Shown one piece after another: positions 48,771 through 62,200 of a DNA stretch of 64,000 nt. The stretch is from contig CBFFRP010000354.1 of the NCBI GenBank assembly GCA_965644295.1, positions 1 to 64,000 of the forward strand. The letters are read 5' to 3'. The position numbers were made by a program, and so were the translations under genes. Each line of letters begins with the position of its first letter. Position 1 is the first letter of the stretch. This stretch comes from Paraphysomonas bandaiensis. Lineage: Eukaryota > Protista > Chrysophyceae. The notes beneath the pieces are model-generated. The model saw nothing but the letters and a program-made list of their open reading frames with translations. It made no database searches and was not told the origin of the DNA.

Positions 48771-50184
48771 ATGAATACAACAAATGATACCATTACATCC
48801 AATTCATATATATATACAGTACGTGATGGTGATACACTTGAAGGTATATCAATTAAATTTAATATAAGAGGTAATATATTACGACGTATCAACCATCTGT
48901 GTGGTGGAGGACATAAACTCTATCCAGGACAAGTAATCCATACTTACATTAATATATCATACACTTATATATATATACTTATATAGATATTAAATTTAAG
49001 GGCACCATCATTACCAAACGATATCAGGTTAACATATTATTATATTATCATATGATATAAACTAGTAGTATAGTCCACTTCCACCTCTTCCTCCTCCTGA
49101 TTCCGACTCATCTGGTTTCTCATCTGAACCAGTACATATCAAAGGATCACCTATTGAAGTCACTGAAGAACCAGGAGTAGTAATGAAGCTCGTTAAGAGT
49201 CTTTGGTGGTCTGACGATGGTGGGGAAAATGCTGCTGCTGCAGAACATTCCCCTGTGGATACCTCTTTTTCTTCGTATACTGCGGAATCTCCTGTCCTTG
49301 TGCAAGACCATGAAGAAGGACATGGGCAACAAGCTGAAGTTGTGGACAATGTAGTTCTGGATGATGAATTCGATGCCGAGATCGTTTCAATGCATCCGCC
49401 TCGTACTTCTCCTGCCGCCTGTAGCATCGTCCCCTCACCCATACAAGTGGCTCCTGTTCTGGTTGGAGATGGAGCAATTCTTCGACCTGCTTTAACCGGA
49501 GCTCTTGCTAAGCATGTTCCTATTACTCTGCAAGCGGACAAATGGATTTTGCTATATAGCGTGCTCAACGATGGTGCAGATTTGACCTCATTTTATGGCA
49601 AGACTGCAGGTACACTTGCCGTTCACCGGATTATAGTAGAATATGCAATGAGATCTGACATTTTAAATCTTGTTCATATCAATTGGGTGTCGTATATTTT
49701 CTTTATCCATCGTTTTGATGTACATATATAATCTAATAGTACAGGCAATATGTACACCATTCTTGTGGTTGAGACCATGTCTGGTGAGGTATTCGGCGGA
49801 TTTGCGTCTGCCAGTTGGCATGTATCACAATCGTTTTACGGTACTGGCGAGAGCTTCATATTTTGTACCTCTTGTGATGAGGAGGGGGAGGGGGTACAGG
49901 TTTACCGATGGACAATGGAGAACGACCTTATCATGTGGAGCTGCCAGTCGCAGGTGGCAATGGGAGGAGGGGGAGACGGTTTCGGGTTCGTGCTTGACGC
50001 GGATTTTCTCACCGGACAGAGTAATAGCTGCACCGCATTTGGAAATCCGCCTTTGACCTCTAACAGAGGATCGTTCCGCATTGCTAATGTGGAGGTGTGG
50101 GGATTCGAGAGTATTGTGTCTGCACGAAAGAAGTCCCCATTACGATCCAGGATGAAACGGATCGGTGACAGAGGCCGTTTCTGA
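48771..50184 (+). CDS. LysM + TLDc domain protein (OXR1/NCOA7-like), multi-exon
   Basis: LysM: YTVRDGDTLEGISIKFN...LYPGQ. TLDc: WILLYSVLNDG, GEVFGGFAS, FYGTGESFIF, MGGGGDGFG and CTAFGNPPL. Confidence 0.88.
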
Positions 50185-51007
50185 TTCCTCAAACTCTGCG
50201 ATTCCATAGCCGTGAATCTTGGAATAATTCGTTCTATTTTATAGTTCTTCATCTACACTCATGAGAGTGCAACTAGCTCATGTATATAATGTGATTAATT
50301 TGTTTAAAGTCGAAAGTTATGAACGTAATTATTGAAAGATTTTTATTGTCGTTCAGATTCTGCTACAATTTCTCATGTTGACATATTTGTGTACAATAGT
50401 TTTGATATCCTCTTTCGTTATCGAACGGTAGAACTTAATATTATTACCCCTGACATTGGTGCCGGCTATCACACCACTCTTTTGAAGGATATCAGTAATT
50501 ACTACTCCCACGGATGCAGTTATCGGTAATGTGGGGAAGCAGAGATCTGATATGCTAATGAAACAGACAAAATAAGAATTCGCCTTCCCTGACCAGTGCA
50601 GAAAGCACAAATCAAGGTTTTAAAAATGAGATGACTGGCGCTTCGGAAGTACTAAATATAGAAATACACACACTACCCACCAAGCAACTTTACCTATTCA
50701 CGTCAAAGAATGCAATTATATTTTTACGTATATTGCCACTAATAAGCTACAGTAGTAGCATACGCAATGGACAATATCACTCCATTATCTACTTCAATAA
50801 AACTGTTCACGTTTTAACGATATATTGAATAACAGTACAAAATGTCTAACTTATATGCACCATACAATTTATACGACATACAATAATGTTCTTGTGCATC
50901 GTAGGAACATGAATTCGATGCCCTACTAATAATTTATGTTTAGATTTAAAAAAAAGCAATGGATATTATGATGATTTTCACGAGAGTGGATATAAACTCG
51001 GAAAATT

Positions 51008-51197
51008 TAGTGCTTTCAGGGAGAATCGGAAAATGGAGAATCGGAAAAAGTAGTGCTTTCAGGGAGAATCGGAAAATGGAGAATCGGAAAAAGTAGTGCT
51101 TTCAGGGAGAATCGGAAAATGGAGAATCGGAAAAAGTAGTGCTTTCAGGGAGAATCGGAAAATGGAGAATCGGAAAAAGTAGTACTTTCAGGGAGAA
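51008..51197. repeat. 43-bp tandem repeat (~4.4 copies) overlapping the cyclase stop codon
   Basis: TAGTGCTTTCAGGGAGAATCGGAAAATGGAGAATCGGAAAAAG starts at 51008, 51051, 51094 and 51137, with a partial copy at 51180. Confidence 0.93.
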
Positions 51198-54100
51198 ATT
51201 TTAATTGCAGTTGACGAAGTGCAGCACATGGACTGTATGACAGCATGCATCCCCTCCTTAACAATCGCAACTATTCCCATCGGAGGGCGAAATGTGGCCT
51301 GCATGTGCTCAACTCTTCCGAGTACAGCCATTAGAATAGGGGACTGTGCATAGTTTCCCTGAGTAGCTGCAATTTTTTGTCGAGTGGTAGCAATGCATTT
51401 ATCCATCAATCGTGAGAGTACAGCCATCTCGGTACTAGATGTGCATTGGTTGCAGGCAACTTCCAGATATGGGATGAGAGATTCTACTTCCCCATGTTGC
51501 AAAAGGTGAGTTACAGCCTGGCATGCATACTCGAAAGCAAGGTGGTGTGGGGCATCCTGGGCACTCATGGCATAGTGGTAGCTTAGACTGCAAACAACCG
51601 TACCAGTTAGACACGCATCACAATTTTAATTTATCCCACATTACCGGAATATATGCGGTGACAAATTATTCTTGTAGAGTCTCTGCATGGTCGATGCAAT
51701 GACTGCATGAATGGCTTGTGCGTCGCTAAAACATAAGATGAGGAAAATGAATTACGTGCTTGCAATGTAGAACCTCGGTGGCACCAAATCGTAGACATAT
51801 TTCCGTATTATTCCACTAGAAAAGCTGACGACACCATCTGCCAGAGTTACCAGAAATCCTTTATTTTCAAGTGATTGCAGACTTTTACGCAGAATAGACT
51901 TCAATTCAGGAGATATAATTTCTCTGAGTACCTCAACTGCAAACTCTTCTCCAATTATACTTGCCGTTTTAATAATCATTCGACTACTATGAGAAACTCT
52001 TTCCAGCATCGATACAATTAAGGAATTGTCTTTCAAACTCGCCACAATCTCATTGATATTATCAGTTTGTGACTCTTTGAAATAATTAACAATCTTCCAA
52101 ACCAAAAATGGGTTTCCCATAGATATTGAATTCACGGCATGTAGAGCTTCTTGTGAAAGGGTGATATTAACTTCATTCTCAACAATCGTTGATATAGTGC
52201 GATCTGACAGAGGGCGTAGAGTTAAACTATGTAAACACCCGGAATGTATGGAGCCACAAAACGCTTCAAACTCTATACAATGTCTGCAAAAACAATGACG
52301 CATACTATATACACAAGTAGGTAATATACCTAGTAGGTACATCTCTCGAAGGCAGTTTCGTCGACTTTCCTTTAGATAGCATCGATTCGCTGCTCATCGA
52401 TCGCTCAATGGAGTGATCAACAGATTCTGGAGAACCAAGAGGCTGTGTGTAGTCTTCAGTCAATGTATGTGGGTAGAGTGGAATGTACGAGCGATGAACA
52501 CGAACAGTCAAACACAACAAAGCGTTTATACCCATCGAGGCAAGTTTAGTAATAGTCTCCCATGTGAATCGGCACATGAAGTGAGCATTGTCAATCGCTA
52601 CGACAGAGATTCCAGCACTCAATATATAGTAAAGCAATTCTGCCACAATCTTTGCTCGAGATGGCGAAAGCGTCGGAGATATAGAACGCTTAATCGCCAA
52701 TTCATCTGACTCTGGAAGGTCCCAGTGCCAATCAATGCCCAGTTGATGCTGTATCAGAGGGAAAATCCACATACCTATTTCTCTTTCGGAGTGGGAAGGA
52801 AAAGCACTCTTCAACAGTTTTATAATCCCATCCTTGTCGCACAATGAACTAACAATGCCACTTGCAGCCAGAATCTCTCGGAATATTTTTCGTAGAGCAT
52901 TACTGGGTGTGGAGTCATCATCACTCACCAAACGAACAAATACAGCTGAGCGAGGGTATTCACCAGATACAGTTTCTGCGCGGTTCAGACGATTTATAAA
53001 GTGGTTCATCACATCCGTTTTCCCTGTAAAATTTACAGGTAAATAACAATTAAGACGCTAAACGTGCTCTTACCCGAGCCAGATACTCCTTTAATGACGA
53101 ATACCTCCGTACATGCTTTGACATCAGTGAAGCTGTGACGCAAAAATCGTTTTTCTCCTGTGGACTGACGGGAAAATATGGTAGGGTCATCACCGGTTTC
53201 GACAAGACTGGGCGTAACTGGCTCCGAGTCAGAGCGAGACTTCAACAAGTCTGATCCATGTGAGCCAGCAATCGAAGGAATGATCTGCACACTTGAGTGC
53301 GAGTGAGTGATGTCTGAGTGAGATATATCAGAACATCCAGATGGACAGTTTGCGATTAGGTTTAAATAAGACGCACGGCGAGAGGCAGAGACAAGTTCCA
53401 GGACATCGTTTATCTTGCGCCGCACGTACCCCTCGATACCGAGCATGACATCGTCTCTAACATCTACTGCATGCCGAGTGGGGGGAGAAGTTGAGTGGTA
53501 GCAGTGATAAACTTCTCCACTAGGAATTCCTTTTAGATGAAGGTTTTCGCAAGGGGAGGTTCGTGAAGAGATATCTAACGGAAGCTTTGCGTGCGTACTG
53601 GAGTCCATGAGGATTCGACCGTTGGCCTTGATCATTAATCGGGCAGCCAGATTTACAGATCGGCCTATGGCGACATAGTCCCTCCTGTAGTCAGTACCAA
53701 CTGTTCCACAGTATGTAATCCCAGTAGTTAGTCCAATCGATACTGTATGGTTAAGTGTGTATGATTCATTTTTCATCATAACCGCGCAGCGGAGGGCTTT
53801 AGAGCAATTGGCCGCATGGGAGGCAGTGGGTACCCCCCATAGACCTATTAAGACACATCCCTTGTCGTCAATTAGAAATTGTCGTAGAAATCCCCCGCAG
53901 TCATTCAGACATCGCTGCATAGCTATGAAAAAAGGTTGAAGAGTTTTAACATCACTGAAATCCGCGGAATTATAGCTATCGAGTCTCAGAAAGAGAGTGG
54001 TAACAGAGCGAATTTCTTTGATACCGTGTAACGTGTCGGTTCGAATGGCCTCAGCAACAGGGGCGGGCACACAGCTGATCATATCCTCCAGTGTGCAGCA

Positions 54101-55044
54101 CCCGGGCAGATCAAACTTCGGGGTGCTGTAATAGCGCTCCGGGCACTGAATATAAAAAGGATACAACATCACAGATATATATTTCGAAGGTAATATGAAA
54201 GCTTACCACAACTAGAGAGGGGTCGTACTCAACTTTATAGTACTGCTCCTGCTCACAACAATCAGTTCCACGAACACTTTCACCACTCGAAGCAACAGGG
54301 TGGGCATTAAACACAGATTTACTAGCAGTATATACATCGCCGGTGATCACAAGCTCCCGGCTACCCGCATAATTGATACCCTTGTCAATATGTTCCAAAC
54401 AAGGGCTGTTCATTATGTAAGTGCAGTGGTTATTATATCCTCCAATGAGTGCCATGCACATCTTGCCGCTGGACACCACTACATGGGTTTGAGTGCCATC
54501 CATTTCACATTGAGTGAGATGAAGTCCACAGCGCACAGCACGCAAAGAACACTCCTGTAGAGTAGACTCTTGCTGTTGTGGAAGAAATACACAGAGCAAC
54601 GAATCACCTGCGAATTCAAGAACTGCGAAAAATAAAATTAATAATTTCCAATACACAGCGACGTTACAACATACCATCACCACCATGTAAGTATATAATT
54701 TTGACAAAATTTGCAAAAGACTGGTCCGTAATTAAGCGGAGTTGATCCAAACCGACAGTTCCTTGAGAGCACAATGCACTGGACAGCTTTGTGAACCCGG
54801 ATATATCCGCCAGTAAGCAACACCCATCAAAGTATACACTCTCTCCGAGTGGTGGGAATCGACGAAGGCTACTGGGACAAAAAGATGCCCATAATTCAGT
54901 AAAACTTGCTGTATGATCTATATGATCATCTACAGTACTCATCATAGATTTAATTCTTTTTGGTGATGTGGCATAATAGCTACTTGTTTCACTAGAACTA
55001 TCATCATCATTTGATGATAATGATGTACTCCATACTCTTGACAT
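51188..55044 (-). CDS. Soluble adenylyl cyclase (ADCY10-like): tandem class III cyclase domains plus STAND P-loop NTPase, multi-exon
   Basis: LLADISGFTKLS, GGD|VLEFAGDS, RQFLIDDKGCVLIGLWG, IGRSVNLAARLM, spliced Walker A GVSGSGKT, Walker B VAIDNAH, GNPF and ASIIGEEF. Confidence 0.88.
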
Positions 55045-55509
55045 AGCTGTATCTCACTAATAATATATATATAGTGATCAACTAGCGATGTATTTAATTA
55101 AGTAATATAGATGAATAATATAGAAGACATAGAATGTGTTCTCATAGCATATTCTTATATATAATTAGAGTAATAGTTGATGAGATAGTGTTATGGGTGT
55201 ATGGTATATATATGGGTTTCATATGATGTCTATCACCCTCGATATACATATATATATATCTATGTACATTGTGACTGCATAGAGTTGGAGGGTACTGAAA
55301 GATACTAGTGGAATCTTTGGATCGTATGCGTTTTTGGTAAACTATAATGATGATGTACGATGACCCTTTGACCCATCTCTAGATCTCTGCCCAAAACACT
55401 AAACCCCGATTTCAAGAAAGCAGTCTCAGGAAAACCCTAGTTTATATAAATACCCCAGGATTTTATCCCATCATGTTTATCAGCAGTGCTTCGCCTGGTT
55501 GGATATTCG

Positions 55510-55688
55510 GATATCTGTCTGTGAGAAAGTTGATCCAGCAGAATATGTCGATCCAGCAAAAAAATCGACCTTTTCTCGTTATTTCTCTGAAATATATTCG
55601 TCAAAAAACAACATGCATCAATAAAGTCTGGATTTTTTTGCTGGATCGACATATTCTGCTGGATCGACTTCCACAGACAGCAGATATC
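55510..55688. repeat. Foldback element with 40-bp near-perfect inverted arms
   Basis: 55527-55566 matches the reverse complement of 55631-55670 with one mismatch. Each arm holds two GATCCAGCA subrepeats; outer arms CTGTCTGTG/CACAGACAG. Confidence 0.88.
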
Positions 55689-56921
55689 TTCGTAGATATC
55701 TTGCATCTACAGTATGTTCCATGCAGAGTTCTGATATATTCACACACTATTATTATGCTCTGCAATACACCTAAACTTAGTACAGTCCTGATATTCTGTT
55801 CGAATATCTTATTCAAGCATACATAGAGGTATTCTCAGGATACATGGATCTCAAATTAGAAACCTTATCCTTGAGAGCTAGAAACTCCGCTAATTGTTTG
55901 ATGGCTCTAAGCGGGAGTCAGACACTTGACTATTAAGGTATCATGCATATTAAAGGACATAGCATTGATATTTTTGTTACAAGATCCTTTTCCCGATGAG
56001 CTGATACATTGCTTGTCATGGTTGCATGGTACTGACAACGTTATTATTATCATGGTTTACTTACTGTAATCGACAGAAAACCTTTAATCTAAAGGACATG
56101 TTATTAACGTCATGCTTCAGGCACGAATACATTAATTTAAAACCCAAGTACGTGCCTTACGTTCTTTATTCGAGATTGCGCTGATGCAGTGTGCTCTCCA
56201 TTCCAAAAGTTACAGCAACGTAGAGTCACTAATAAATGTAGTCAAAAATGCTAGATTTAGATATATCAGTGAAGTTATTCTTTTACGATGTAATTCATTA
56301 GCTTTCTTTGTTCCATAAAAAATGTTTACTTATTCATGTGGTGATGAACTTATGTTCTCTTTCATATTTTCCCCATTCACTGAAATAGCTTGTATAGACA
56401 CACATTAGTAACTGACTAGATTTCCTTGTTTTGAAATTAAATACACCTGTAACCGTGTTTGTTGCATCTATTGTACACTCTTAGCTTTCTTCAGCGAACA
56501 ATACACATGGAATAGCAGACCTCAACAAAAGAATATATAACATACACAATTTATATTATTACATTTTGACAAAGCTATACACTCCTAACTTAAAACTCTT
56601 CTTCACGCGCGAAATATATATGAAAAACTTAGCCCCGTTAAGGAAATTGTGCACGAAATGGACAAACAAAAAATAGTGCAATTGCAAAATAACACTCTAG
56701 CTACAGTGAGTGATATTAGGCAACACACATTTCTCCTTATTGTCCCGTGCTGAGACTTCCTCTCAATTCCTATGCATAAAAAACTCAGTACTCTAAATTG
56801 CAACCTTAGAACTCGAATATGCTAGATATATAGAGTGCGATGGCACTAGCTGCCATCGACCTGATAACTCAAATGATGGTTCCACGTGGAACTGAAAATG
56901 TACGCCGTTGACGGCAGGAAA

Positions 56922-58430
56922 CTAGAGAATCATTGCGGTACTCGAGGAGTCTAGGACGTCACTTGATGCCTCAAGCTCTCGCTTGAAATCTCTTTCTTTA
57001 TCCAAAACACACTCCACGTCACTTTCTTGAACAAGCTCCATTGTATCTATTCCGTCTTCGGGGTCAACTCCGAATCCCTCCACCTCGCACTGGTCTTCCC
57101 GCCACCGGAGCACTGCGCCTGCTAACGCTCTGTCCTCCTCAACACCGTACGGCACTTCACGAGTCCTCGCCAACTCCTCCCGGGCAGCAACAGGCAGAAA
57201 CGATGTATTGAAAAAAGCCCACTGACAGGAAAGGTCAATATAGTTAAGTTCTGGACAACCTCCCTGGGTGAGGAGGAAAGCAAACGCGGCCACATGTTCA
57301 TCCTCAACTTCTGTGCAATCGCGCAAGGTCAGCTCACGCAGCCGAGGCCAGCGAGAAGGAATATCTACTAGAAACAGTCCATGTAGGCTCTCGTTATCTG
57401 AGAAATCTGCTTCCCGCACCTCCGGCAAGTGAAGCACGGCCTGCACACCCTCCTCGTCTATTGTGTAATGTCTGAAACATACACTTTTGAGACGAGGACA
57501 ACCCTTCGCTAAACTCCTGCCAACATCAGGCTGAAGCAAAGGATGCTCAAACACCCCTTCCCGATTGAATGATAGAACGTTAACGTAGCTAAAGCTAATC
57601 TTTTCAAGAAGGGGGCACGAGGCGGCAACGGATCCCACTAATGCGTTGACATCCACGTTGTGAGAGACAGTAACACAGCGCAGTTGCGGGCAGAGTGACA
57701 CCATACTCTGTACAGTACAATCGGTAGCCCAAGAAACCCGGTCCAGATTGAGAGAGCGTAATTGGGACAAATATGGTCCCAATGCCTCCGCATTTTGACA
57801 GTTGAAGCAACGAGAATTATCAGCCGCAGAGCTTAGACAAGACAGAGTTGTTTGGTGGCGGGCATGTCCCATTCTGGAAGCACAGCAAACACGGCACAAA
57901 TCGTCCCCAGCACATTCACATATATCCTCGTTCATTTCTGTATATCTAATAACGGACAAACTTGATAGCGGCTGTATCACCGGTGATGTCCGACGAACCA
58001 ATCTGCAGAGAGTGTGAAGATCTACGTTCTCAGCATTTTGAAGGGTCACTGAAGTCCACAAAACGCTGTACATACTAATTCGTTTGTGTTCTTTGCATGT
58101 TGCTCCAAAGTTTTCTATATCTCTGGGCTCCAGAAAGGATAGAGTATAGACAATAGTATTCGTGCATAACTGGTTGAAGTATGAAACTGCCCCTGTAGAC
58201 CCTGTAGAGTGAGTTATATCAGAGGATCCACGTGGTCTTACACGTCTATCACATCGTGTATGTGTATTAGAATAACGATCTGTTTTAGTATTGAGATGTG
58301 TTGTTTGTGTGCAATCTGAGGGATGTCTCCGCTTTAATGTTTTAGTGACTTTAGTAATATCACGGGCTATAATATTATCATTAATGACCATTTCAGGTCG
58401 AGTTAATGGTATCTTTGATATAATTTCCAT
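56922..58430 (-). CDS. F-box / leucine-rich repeat protein (502 aa)
   Basis: F-box FNQLCTNTIVYTLSFL..RDIENFGATCK...LW. Cys-containing LRRs: CPQLRCV, CPLLEKI, CPRLKSV, WPRLRELTL, CPELNYIDL. Confidence 0.88.
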   Translation of the reverse strand: MEIISKIPLTRPEMVINDNIIARDITKVTKTLKRRHPSDCTQTTHLNTKTDRYSNTHTRCDRRVRPRGSSDITHSTGSTGAVSYFNQLCTNTIVYTLSFLEPRDIENFGATCKEHKRISMYSVLWTSVTLQNAENVDLHTLCRLVRRTSPVIQPLSSLSVIRYTEMNEDICECAGDDLCRVCCASRMGHARHQTTLSCLSSAADNSRCFNCQNAEALGPYLSQLRSLNLDRVSWATDCTVQSMVSLCPQLRCVTVSHNVDVNALVGSVAASCPLLEKISFSYVNVLSFNREGVFEHPLLQPDVGRSLAKGCPRLKSVCFRHYTIDEEGVQAVLHLPEVREADFSDNESLHGLFLVDIPSRWPRLRELTLRDCTEVEDEHVAAFAFLLTQGGCPELNYIDLSCQWAFFNTSFLPVAAREELARTREVPYGVEEDRALAGAVLRWREDQCEVEGFGVDPEDGIDTMELVQESDVECVLDKERDFKRELEASSDVLDSSSTAMIL

Positions 58431-59259
58431 TTATGTCATTGTTATATATGTATATATGGGATCATGTCTGCATATTATATGAGAGTAGTGTGATACTCTT
58501 GTGGCTGAGTTAACGTGCACAACCTCATAGTCTTAGAGTACATCTAGTCGAGTTTCGGTTTGAATGAATAAAAAGCCAATAGAACCACACAACTAGAAAG
58601 AACATGCTAGATCCAAACATATTAATAAGATCTTCTTTGAAAGGTTTTTATTGGTTACAGAAGAGGGAGTTGAGGAACATCTTTCCCATTGCACCATTCA
58701 TACTTAAGCTGTACGGGTGTACCGGTGAGCTGGCGACTAGTGGTAGACCGTGCAGAAGAATAACATAGAAGTTCCATGTACAAAATATGGAATGTTCCGA
58801 AAATACGAAAATACAAAATCCTACACAGGGTATACACTACTGTATAAACAAGGGTGTATTGTCGTTTTTTTTGTTTCGGGGTCACAAAACCATTACTTTT
58901 TAATATTTTATGGGATTTCTATCAAATAAAGTTACAAGTTACAAGTTACAAGATTAAAATCCCGTATATCTACATGTATATAGTATCTTTATACGTATCG
59001 GCAGTCAGCATCTTATTTTTCGGAAATATATTGAAGCAAAATAAATCTATATATCTGCAATATAACTACGGCTGGAATACAGATAATTGTTGTCTCAATA
59101 TTAGAGGCATCTTTGAAGGATGCCGATACGTATTAACCACCTCCACTCTTTGCATATATATATATATTAAGATCTATATACTCATAGACAATGAGCTTCC
59201 ATAACCATCAAGATAATGAATCAAATCAATGGTATCATAAATTAAAACAACATTAAATA

Positions 59260-62200
59260 ATGACAACATTAAATATTGATTCATCATTACAATTAAAACA
59301 AACTGAATGGGTTGAATTATTATACTATGATGAATTCATAGTAAACAAACCACCATTAATACATTTAAATCATAGTAATATACTTTCACTTGCTTCATTA
59401 TGGTTTATGGATGGTGTGATTGGTCGCTCTATTTGTTATCCACAAAATAAAATTGAATTTTTATGTTATCAATTTATTACATCCAACTTTTTTTTAAATA
59501 TATATGCTGCTTTGTGTATTTTACAAATGACGTTTCCATTTCTTCATGAACCTTATTGTCCGTGGTCGTCAGCTCAACATGGTAATGGTGTACCGTATTC
59601 ACAATATTTGCAGTACTCTACAGCATCAATAGACATGCTCTGTGTGATGTATTTCACACTTGATTTAGTGGCTACGATATATGTCTTACGTAGAGATAGA
59701 AAAATGTTCAGGAGTGATATTTGGCTACTGGTTCGCCTGCTCTGCTGTATTTTGCTGTTTATGGAGAGCATTCTCAGGGTGACTGCATTTTATCCGTTCG
59801 ACTTCGCTCGCAGCGTAGTTCCCATCATTCTCATATCACGAAGAAAAAGTCTAAGGCTTATCATGTTGGGAGTGTTTCGTGCCACCCGAAAATGTATACC
59901 ACTTTTCCTTTTTCTTTTTACACTACTTTTTATATGGAGTTATATGGGCTATCTTATTTTTAATAACGTTGATACAAATGGCCAAGATCACTTTTCCTCT
60001 CTGCTGAAATCTTTGCGTACTTGTGTGATGTGTTTTACAGCGGCTGGGTACCCTGTTTTTGCATTGGATCCGTATTTTAAAGTAAACCCTATCTCTTCTC
60101 TTTTTTTTGTAAGTCTGGTGGCTGTCTCATGTATTTTGACTGCCCCTATTATAATATCTGTGGGGAACAGAGAATATCGCTCATATGCTGATGAAGTATT
60201 TCGTCATCAACTGCGCAATAGGAAAGAGGCAATTGTAGCAGTGCACCAAGTGCTTTCTGATATATCTGGTATCGCTGATAGCAGGAAAGGAATAGACCGG
60301 TTAGTAAGTCGTGAGACGTGGCTCTCATTCTGTTACCAGCTGAAGACGAAGTTCAAAATAAACTCTCAGTTGATAGACATGATGTTCGATACGGAGGCAC
60401 TCCCCGCTGGGAAGGATGAAGTAGGCGTCGACTGTGCAGGTGTATTTCGCCTTTGCGCCTTGTTAGACTCGAGATTTAATCTGGACTCTCGTGCTCTGGG
60501 TGGTGGAGAATTGGCAATGTCTGACGATGAGAAGGGAAATGATGGAATCGAGGAGGAACGGGTCAGTATGTGGGCACGTTGGAGTTTTGCAGATGAAAAC
60601 TTTCGGCTTTCTACAATTTCCAACAATCCCAGAAACTCATCATCTCCCCAAGGGATAGAAATGGGTCAGGTAGGAGTGAAGAATCCTATTCACATAGATG
60701 GCTCTAGCAGCAAAACCCTCACCTTCCGGAGACCAGAATCTCGGAGTAAAGGCGAACCTCGACCTTGGCATATGTGGGCGTGCCACCGTATACTACTTTT
60801 GGCAGAATATATATACCTTCTGATATATGTGTACGCAGTCAAATCTAGATCCATAATTAAATCTATCGTTTCATTCAACGTGCCGCTTACGAACCTATTC
60901 TGCTGTGAGTATTCTGTGAATGCCCTGAATGCTTGTGCCAGTATCTGCAGAGTAGTCTTAGCTATCCAACTCTTCATGATATGTAACGTAGAAAGACACC
61001 AAGGATGGTATGTATTGGGGTGGGGGTTGCAACTATTTTTTTGTATTGAAGTGTTCTTCCGGTGCTGTGCGGAGGGACTGAGGAAGTATATCAGCCGCAC
61101 GTATGCGCTCACGATTGCTGTTAACTTGGCGAGTCTGACCCTGATGATTTTGATATCTCGCATAAAGGACGATGAGAAGAGGCTAGTCAGCGCACCATTT
61201 ATAGCCCTCATCATTGTGCAATGTAGCAGATTCTTTACGCTCTTTGGGGGTATAAGCGAGACGTCGAAGATAGTTGCAGTGGCCCCGCTGTTTCTCAGAG
61301 TCTGTCTCATTATTTTTTGTACAATATATTTTTTCGCCGTCTTTGCGTACAATCGTTTTTGTAACATACTTCGACCTGAAGAAGCGCAAGGTAATATAAA
61401 ATTAGTTAGCGCTTTTCGTGTGACAATACGTATTATATCAGGCAATGACGATGTGGCTCCTAATTGGATTCAATACGAGGATCAACTCAACTTTGATACT
61501 TTTCCCAAGTCGCTGTATACATTGTTTGAAATAGCAACTTTCGGAGATTGGACTGTTGTTCAGGTTGCCGAAAAGGTGGATCCGATATCCTCTTATCTCT
61601 TCTTTTACACGTATCGACTGCTAATGACCCTCGTTTTTCTTCCAATTTTGAGCTCTTTCATTATTCAGACCTTCGTTTCTCGAAGGGAAACGATTGAGAA
61701 GACGAAAACAACCGAAAACGCAAGGGATCATGTAGAGACAGATGCCTCAGTGATATCTTCCGATGATAGAACGCCAAAGTGTGAGTCGGAGAATGCAACC
61801 AACAGGAAACCCGAAGATGGGATAAACACGCCGTCTGAAACACTTCCTTCAGTCACCCGTCTTCAATTGCAACGTGATAAATCTGCAATGAGTTCCCTCT
61901 TTGGTGACATAGATACGTCAAATGTTGAAGATCAGACAAACAATGAGGTAATTGATGTTATTCGTCATTCACAGCATGGGAATCGTACTGTAGACGATAA
62001 TGGTTTGCAAATGCGTTGCAAGTATGCTGCCGATACTGTTCATGCAGCAGTTGACTGTAGTAGCGAAGGAACACATAATTCACGTCGCCGAAATTGTAGT
62101 GATGATATAACTACCGCAAACTCTGTGCCAATATTAGACCAGAGTATCAGTGTGAGAGATATAGAAAAGCCCATTTCTTATTCTCATCGCAGACAGTCCA

